Under the pieces are notes generated by a model. The model worked only from the letters and a program-made list of their open reading frames with translations, did no database searches and was not told the DNA's origin. Of a DNA stretch of 64,000 bases, positions 59,927 through 64,000 are shown piece after piece. Numbering within the stretch: the stretch's first letter is position 1; each line of letters starts with the position of its first letter. This DNA comes from an uncultured Bacteroidales bacterium (GTDB taxonomy: Bacteria; Bacteroidota; Bacteroidia; Bacteroidales; FEN-979). The translations under genes and the position numbers were made by a program. The stretch spans positions 1 through 64,000 of the forward strand of contig CAIJYT010000078.1 of NCBI GenBank assembly GCA_903824935.1, read 5' to 3'.

Positions 59927-62098
59927 TCAGTTGAGTTTTACCAAATTATAATAAAGTCCCTGCTCATCGCTGATCATCTCATCGTGTGTACCCCGTTGAA
60001 CGACTTTTCCTTTATCCAAAACAATGATTTCATCGCAATCACGGATCGTACTGAGCCGGTGGGCAATAATGAGTGTAGTACATCCCCTGCGGCGAATATT
60101 GTTGTCGATGACCTTTTCGGTGTTGGCATCTAATGCGCTGGTTGCTTCATCCATCACAAGGATAGTCGGGTTTACGACTAATGCACGTGCAATTTCTATG
60201 CGCTGACGCTGGCCTCCGCTAAGGTTGTTTCCTGCGTTGAGGAGAATGCCGGTATATCCGCCGGGCCTCGATGAGATGACGTCATGAATACATGCATCCC
60301 TGGTCGATTGGATAATATCGGGAGTTCCGATCGTATTATTCCACATCGTAATATTGTCGTTTACGGTTCCCTTGAAAAGGAATATTTCCTGGTCTACCAG
60401 AGAGACAGAGTTCCTGATGACATCCTCTGGAAATGAATTCCGTTCATGTCCATCGAAAAGGATTTCACCGGCCCAGGGATGGTATAGGCCAGCAACCAAT
60501 TTGGCCAGAGTCGATTTCCCTGAGCCTGAACCTCCAACGAGGGCAATACGTTTGCCAGGTTCAACATGAAGTGAAAAATTTTCAATCAGAGGCTCGCTAA
60601 AGCGGTCATATCCAAAAGTAACATTCTTAAAATCGAGGAATCCGTGTAATTTGGAATTGGAAGGTATTAAGGATCCGGGGTTGTCGTTAGCCTCATTTTT
60701 AAAATAAACATCTTCATTGGTCGATAATGCGTCCTGAATCGTGTCGATATTACTCTTTGCTCCCTGGAGGTCACTGCCCATCGAAACTACCGCCTTAACA
60801 GGGCCTGTAAAATTTGACATCAGGCTCTGGAAGGCGATAAAGACACCTATTGTCATCTCCCCGTAGATAACAAGCAGTCCGCCTAAAGTCAGCAGAATAA
60901 TGGTATTCAGGTTTGACAGAAAATCGGGTAAGGCGGCCAGCAGGTTAGAAGTCACATTCAGCTTTTGATCAAAGACCACTGCATTGGAAAGATTTCCCGA
61001 CCAGAGGCCATAAAAATCGTTTTCGGAGCCCGTGGCTTTAATGGTTTCAATTTGTTCAAGCCCGACTCCTGCAGTGCTGAAGGTACGTTGATTTCGCTCA
61101 AATAGCAACTGGTTGAGGGTGGATCTTTTTTCAGAAATTATCCGAAGAAATAACAGGTTAACAAGTATTACGGTAACGCCGATTACTGTAAGAAGTAAAT
61201 TATACTGGATCATAACGATCGCGTAAAACAAAACCGTAATGATACTTGAGACCGTCATTGTAAGTTCCGTTGAAAGCAGCGTGGCAAGATCATCATTGAG
61301 CTGAACGCGTTTGAAGATCTCTCCGGGTTGACGCGTCATAAAGAAGCGGATAGGCAGTTTCAATATATGCATCAGCAGTTTCGAAGACTCAACGATGGCA
61401 AGGCGTAATTCAATCTTGACAAGAATTTTTTGCTGCAAAAAAGTAAGTACTCCGTTAAAAAGGAAAAGTCCCGCGATGAGAACAATCATGGGCTTAAAGT
61501 AAGGCTGTTGTAAGCCAATAATATCGTCAAAAAAAAGTTTATTCAAGCCTGCCATAATGATAGCAGGAATGATCAGTATAGTACCACATATCATCACGAA
61601 TACAAGGTCAAACCGGCTTGGTTTTATTCGTGTCCATACCTTGTTGTAAAAACCATTCTGCTTTTTATCAGGTTTGAACGCGGGTCCGGGAGTAATAATC
61701 AAAACCGTTTTGTTATAGATTTTTTCCAGCTCCTGCCTACTGAGGATCTTGTTTCCTTCATGAGTATCGTTCAACAGGAAACCGTCGCTGGTATAACCGG
61801 TTAAAACGCTGAAATTTCCGCCTTGAACTCCAATGATCGCGGGAAGCTGAAGCGATTTCAGTTCAGCCACGGAACAATTTACAACTTCCGACTTAAATCC
61901 ATGGCTGATGGCGACCTTCATCAAACGGCTGGCTGGAATTATTGAATTATCCGAAATTCCACATTCCTGGTTCAGAGCATCCTTTGCCGGGTAACAATGG
62001 TAATAAGAAAAAACCATTGTGAGTGCGATCGCACCGGATTCATTTTCGCCAATCTGGAGAATTACCGGAACCTTTTTTTTAATATGCTCATCTCTCAT
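59927..62098 (-). CDS. ABC exporter with an N-terminal C39-like domain whose catalytic residues are substituted (Cys->Ser, His->Asn).
   Basis: N-terminus LQIGENESGAIALTMVFSYY (versus canonical Q....DCGxACL) and GVQGGNFSVL (versus NHFVV). Walker A GGSGSGKST, LSGGQRQRIEIARAL, ILVMDEATSALD. Begins 1 nt after the upstream ABC gene. Confidence 0.8.
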   Translation of the reverse strand: MRDEHIKKKVPVILQIGENESGAIALTMVFSYYHCYPAKDALNQECGISDNSIIPASRLMKVAISHGFKSEVVNCSVAELKSLQLPAIIGVQGGNFSVLTGYTSDGFLLNDTHEGNKILSRQELEKIYNKTVLIITPGPAFKPDKKQNGFYNKVWTRIKPSRFDLVFVMICGTILIIPAIIMAGLNKLFFDDIIGLQQPYFKPMIVLIAGLFLFNGVLTFLQQKILVKIELRLAIVESSKLLMHILKLPIRFFMTRQPGEIFKRVQLNDDLATLLSTELTMTVSSIITVLFYAIVMIQYNLLLTVIGVTVILVNLLFLRIISEKRSTLNQLLFERNQRTFSTAGVGLEQIETIKATGSENDFYGLWSGNLSNAVVFDQKLNVTSNLLAALPDFLSNLNTIILLTLGGLLVIYGEMTIGVFIAFQSLMSNFTGPVKAVVSMGSDLQGAKSNIDTIQDALSTNEDVYFKNEANDNPGSLIPSNSKLHGFLDFKNVTFGYDRFSEPLIENFSLHVEPGKRIALVGGSGSGKSTLAKLVAGLYHPWAGEILFDGHERNSFPEDVIRNSVSLVDQEIFLFKGTVNDNITMWNNTIGTPDIIQSTRDACIHDVISSRPGGYTGILLNAGNNLSGGQRQRIEIARALVVNPTILVMDEATSALDANTEKVIDNNIRRRGCTTLIIAHRLSTIRDCDEIIVLDKGKVVQRGTHDEMISDEQGLYYNLVKLN

Positions 62099-62127
62099 AA
62101 CTAGGCTCGATTGATTGGTATGGAGTA

Positions 62128-63378
62128 CTACTCGAAAAATGATTTAAAGATCGGAATGATATAGTCAATAGGTGCTTTTTCCCTTACCCGTATGGAGGCC
62201 CTGCAAAGTGTACCGGTATTGATGGCGTATGGCGGTCCCGTTTTATTCGACCATTCATATCCGCTTTTTGTGCTAGGATCGGGGATAAGAGCGATTTTAA
62301 CACGGTAAGTCGGGCCCTGTTTTTCGATCAGCTCAACGAGATCAGGGTTCCCTAATTCATCAAGGATCGAGCTTGTATTGGAAACAAAATGATTAACCTC
62401 CACTACCTCACCCATCAACCATCCATAAAGATTTTCATTCACGGTAAAAGGTTTTACCATAACCCTCATACCTGGTCCAACAACCGCGTTTGAATTAAAC
62501 GGGATAAAAAGGTCGAGCAAATGATTTCGGGAATTTTCCAGATCTTCAACCACCATCATGCGGGTACCGGCATTTACATAATCGCCGCTGGTCACTGATT
62601 TATCAATGATCATGCCATCAACAGGGCTGTTGATGATGGTCTGTCTGTTATACTCATCCTGGAGATCATTAATTTTTTTCTTGAGAATCTGGATCTGGCC
62701 ACTGTAATCTTCCTGCTTGAATTGCCTGTCATAGTTCCAGGATTGCTGATCCAGCTGATTGGTTTTTACCTGTTGTTCGAGTTGGGTACGCTGATTATGG
62801 GCATCAGACAAATCATTTTTTGCATTAACGAAGTTCTCCCTGGTGGCAAGTCCTTTATCCCAGAGATCCTGTTGTTGCTGCATCTTCAGCTCAAAAAAAT
62901 TAATCAGATCCTGAACATGCAACAATTCTCTTTTCAGGCGTTCTTCCTCCAGACTATAAAATCTCATTTTACTAGGATAATCTCGTGTGTCCCTGGTCAG
63001 GAGCAAAGAATCCTGAAATCCCAGCACATCGAGTTCTGCATACAGTTCAACCAACTGATGCCTGAGCTGTGGTTGAACAAGTTTAATCAGAACATCTCCC
63101 GCATTGACTTTCTCACCTAGTTCATACCTGACTTCTTCAACCCCCCCGGGATAGAGGGCAATAATTCCGTTAAGGCCTTTCTTGCTGATTATTTCACCTA
63201 AACCGTCAATTTCTTGTGGAATGCTTCCGAATATTCCCCAGATAATTGTGATTATGGTAAGAAGCCCTAAAGCAGAAAGAGAGATCCAATACCTAGGGCG
63301 GGTAATTTTCAACATTTGGTTTATTTCCTCAGGGTTGCCTGCTGCTCCTGTAGGTTGCGATTTTTCTGCCTTGTCCAT
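62128..63378 (-). CDS. HlyD-family membrane-fusion/adaptor protein for the paired ABC exporters (the track start is TTG 63402; the first ATG is at 63378).
   Basis: N-terminal TM helix (ISLSALGLLTIITIIWGIF), a long coiled coil (QQQDLWDKGLATRENFVNAKNDLSDAHNQRTQLEQQ) and a C-terminal beta-barrel/lipoyl-like region. Confidence 0.75.
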   Translation of the reverse strand: MDKAEKSQPTGAAGNPEEINQMLKITRPRYWISLSALGLLTIITIIWGIFGSIPQEIDGLGEIISKKGLNGIIALYPGGVEEVRYELGEKVNAGDVLIKLVQPQLRHQLVELYAELDVLGFQDSLLLTRDTRDYPSKMRFYSLEEERLKRELLHVQDLINFFELKMQQQQDLWDKGLATRENFVNAKNDLSDAHNQRTQLEQQVKTNQLDQQSWNYDRQFKQEDYSGQIQILKKKINDLQDEYNRQTIINSPVDGMIIDKSVTSGDYVNAGTRMMVVEDLENSRNHLLDLFIPFNSNAVVGPGMRVMVKPFTVNENLYGWLMGEVVEVNHFVSNTSSILDELGNPDLVELIEKQGPTYRVKIALIPDPSTKSGYEWSNKTGPPYAINTGTLCRASIRVREKAPIDYIIPIFKSFFE

Positions 63379-63423
63379 AATAAAATATATTGCTGGTAAC
63401 AAAAAACCTGCAAAGGCGGGTTG

Positions 63424-63460
63424 TTGAACACAACCCGCCGTGAACTATTAATCTCTCCCT
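63424..63460 (-). terminator. Terminator-like GC hairpin (ggcgggttgt / acaacccgcc, 10-bp stem) followed on the minus strand by TTTGCAGGTTTTTTG. It lies between the upstream ORF and the hlyD-like gene.
   Basis: Plus strand: aaaaaacctgcaaaggcgggttgttgaacacaacccgccg. On the minus strand this gives stem-loop + TTTGCAGGTTTTTT. It could be an attenuator or terminator separating a small upstream transcript from the exporter operon. Confidence 0.35.
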
Positions 63461-63533
63461 GTAAGTTCCCTGGAGCTTGCTTCAGAATATAGAGCCGGGG
63501 CTTGCAAGGGTGTTAATACCGATGAATGAAAAC

Positions 63534-63989
63534 CTACTTCTCGTGTTTATGAAAAGCCATTCCTTTCTTTATAATACTCTTCTTCCATTCCCCATTTTCG
63601 TCCAGATGGGATGTTTCGTGGTGCTTCTTGACGATGGCTGCTATCTTATCGGGCATTTTTGTTGCTTTTCCAGGGATGCCGCCTGATGCTGGTCCTTTTG
63701 GTAGAGAAGGGCTAGAACTCTTTTTTTGATTTTCCATAATTGTTGAGTTTTGATTTGTAGGAATAAATTGGGATTGTACTACTTCTTGTGAAGAATTGTG
63801 TTTATTAAGTTGGATCTTTTTGATGATTAAAATAATTCCATAAACGAACATGAATGTCGTTGCATAGCTCCATATCTGTGTTATTAAGCTGATTTTATTG
63901 AAACCTTCCACACCATAAAGATGAATCAGCGTGATCCTTAAAAAAATATCAGAAAAGTCACGAAACGCCAGAAACATAGTCAGAAACAT
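63534..63989 (-). CDS. Hypothetical protein in an AT-rich segment. Either a membrane protein that continues beyond the window edge, or a 67-aa peptide starting at the internal Met (~63734).
   Basis: The ORF track gives 151 aa with hydrophobic N-terminal segments and a Lys/His-rich C-terminal tail (MENQKKSSSPSLPKGPASGGIPGKATK...KKHHETSHLDENGEWKK...HKHEK). There is no in-frame stop before the window edge at 64000. Local GC is visibly lower than the neighbouring genes. Confidence 0.3.
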   Translation of the reverse strand: MFLTMFLAFRDFSDIFLRITLIHLYGVEGFNKISLITQIWSYATTFMFVYGIILIIKKIQLNKHNSSQEVVQSQFIPTNQNSTIMENQKKSSSPSLPKGPASGGIPGKATKMPDKIAAIVKKHHETSHLDENGEWKKSIIKKGMAFHKHEK

Positions 63990-64000
63990 GAAATATTTAA

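Noticed and set aside
63534-63735. The 67-aa upstream peptide as a double-glycine-leader RiPP precursor for the C39-ABC exporter
   Set aside because: The region before the GG (SLPKGPASGG) lacks the conserved hydrophobic positions of GG leaders. There is no Cys/Ser/Thr-rich core. The transporter's C39 domain has lost its catalytic Cys and His. It is kept only as a low-confidence small ORF.
1-64000. Search for CRISPR arrays, tRNA/rRNA genes, integrases/transposases and phage genes
   Set aside because: No spaced direct-repeat arrays, cloverleaf-like conserved tRNA features, rRNA-like stretches or recombinase motifs were recognised. The only notable direct repeats are intragenic (the flotillin and His-tract repeats) and the 7-mer at nt 1-25.

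Overview
This 64-kb window looks like chromosomal DNA from a Bacteroidota-like (FCB group) bacterium. The supporting signs are an alpha-2-macroglobulin/PbpC pair, a TonB-type protein, 'Fibrobacter succinogenes major paralogous' domain proteins, a class-II HMG-CoA reductase, and an almost complete lack of Shine-Dalgarno sequences.

The first ~6.4 kb is a mevalonate-pathway isoprenoid cluster on the minus strand. It encodes a UbiA-type prenyltransferase, a mevalonate kinase, a fused GHMP-kinase/diphosphomevalonate-decarboxylase, an HMG-CoA reductase and a type-2 IPP isomerase.

The middle of the window (6.5-34 kb) holds housekeeping and envelope genes:
- an AraC-family regulator, a TonB-like protein, a K+ channel and an S41 peptidase;
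- a thioester-containing alpha-2-macroglobulin with PBP1C and a methyltransferase;
- a large Ig-like-repeat surface protein with a small paralog;
- a flavodoxin/ferredoxin membrane protein and a C39-like papain-fold peptidase lipoprotein;
- a flotillin carrying five internal tandem repeats;
- an ornithine cyclodeaminase, an orphan HicB-like antitoxin, a His/Gly-rich PepSY-like lipoprotein and a tricorn-like S41 protease.

The most notable part is 33.9-63.4 kb. An operon of about 24.7 kb on the minus strand runs from 63402 to 38734 with near-zero or overlapping gene junctions. Its order is HlyD-family adaptor, an ABC transporter with a catalytically degenerate C39-like domain, an ABC transporter with a ~400-aa N-terminal extension, a TolC-like outer-membrane channel, an NRPS (A-T-C-A-T), a type-I PKS module (KS-AT[HAFH, malonyl]-KR-DH-like-carrier), a discrete PKS-type enoyl reductase, an NRPS (C-A-T-TE) and an Sfp-type phosphopantetheinyl transferase.

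Next to that operon is an AT-richer block (33972-38678). It carries a TylF-like O-methyltransferase and two tandemly duplicated B12-binding radical-SAM enzymes with HpnP-like architecture. A 9-codon ORF with a strong Shine-Dalgarno sequence ends 1 nt before the first radical-SAM gene.

Upstream of the exporter genes (63403-64000) lies an AT-rich segment. It holds a possible small ORF and a terminator-like hairpin.

No rRNA, tRNA, CRISPR array or obvious transposase was seen.
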